DNA from: Malacoraja senta
Lineage: Eukaryota
Reading direction: 5' to 3'
Assembly (NCBI GenBank): GCA_038087875.1
Contig: JAXLNO010005735.1
Coordinates: 1 to 64,000 of the forward strand
DNA length: 64,000 bases
The notes beneath the pieces are model-generated. The model ran no database searches, was not told the DNA's origin, and saw nothing but the letters and a program-made list of their open reading frames with translations. How positions within the stretch are numbered: position 1 is the first letter of the stretch; each line of letters opens with the position of its first letter. Shown piece by piece: positions 63,575 to 64,000 of the stretch. The position numbers and the translations under genes are program-made.

Positions 63575-64000
63575 TAGGTTACCTAAAATTCTCATCACTT
63601 CCCACCCGAACCATCGCATCCCAGGTAATCTCCCTTGCAACTGCGGATGTAACATCTATTCCTGTACCTCCTCTGTGGTCTGCCTCGAGGGACCACAGCA
63701 GCCCTTCTAGGTGAGACGAGGTTCATGTACACCTTCTCTAAACTGATCTATTGCATCCGGTGTTCCCAATGTGGCCTTCTGTATATCGACGAGACCAAGC
63801 ATTGACTCCACGACCATTTCGCCGAAAATATGCACTTGATCTGCCATGGACTTCTGCACTGGATCTCCTGGTTGCTAACCATTTGAACTTCCTTTCCCAT
63901 TGCCATATTGACCTTTCTGTTTTGGGTCTCCTCCATTGCCAGTGTGAGGTCACATGCAAACAGCCCCTAACATTCTTCTTGGGTAGCTTTCAACCTGATG
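63575..64000 (+). mobile_element. Degenerate Penelope GIY-YIG fragment running off the window end
   Basis: CTGATCTATTGCATCCGGTGTTCC..CTGTATATCGACGAGACCAAG (LIYCIRC..LYI.ETK), colinear with the 55 kb copy. Confidence 0.8.

Noticed and set aside
54610-64000. Search for alpha1, alpha2 or alpha3 exons of the second gene
   Set aside because: No class I, class II or Ig motifs were found in any frame. The region is almost entirely CR1, Penelope, Rex1 and SINE sequence.

Overview
Repeat-dense, GC-poor vertebrate genomic DNA, most likely from an elasmobranch such as a skate or ray. This is inferred from HE1-type tRNA SINEs, CR1, Rex1/Babar and Penelope repeats, and a shark-type class I 'PRQRW' motif. 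The main host feature is a 5-exon nonclassical MHC class I heavy-chain gene on the + strand: leader 7797-7848, alpha1 15968-16228, alpha2 19014-19295, alpha3 20502-20777, TM/cytoplasmic 23799-24028. All introns are GT-AG and phase 1. The gene lacks most peptide-anchoring residues and has a strongly hydrophobic predicted groove. Alpha3 carries an in-frame TAG in place of the Tyr of GFYP, and the final stop codon is supplied by a CR1 fragment. A second signal-peptide exon with an SXY-like promoter lies at 54.4-54.6 kb, with no matching downstream exons found in the window, and is followed by two near-perfect hairpins. The remainder is transposon-derived: CR1, a near-full-length Rex1/Babar, an Ingi/Vingi-like LINE with a target-site duplication, Penelope GIY-YIG fragments with many hammerhead-ribozyme-like terminal repeats, an IR/DR Tc1 remnant, two 319-bp MITEs, and GC-rich non-coding retroposons. 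All family assignments are by eye; no searches were run.
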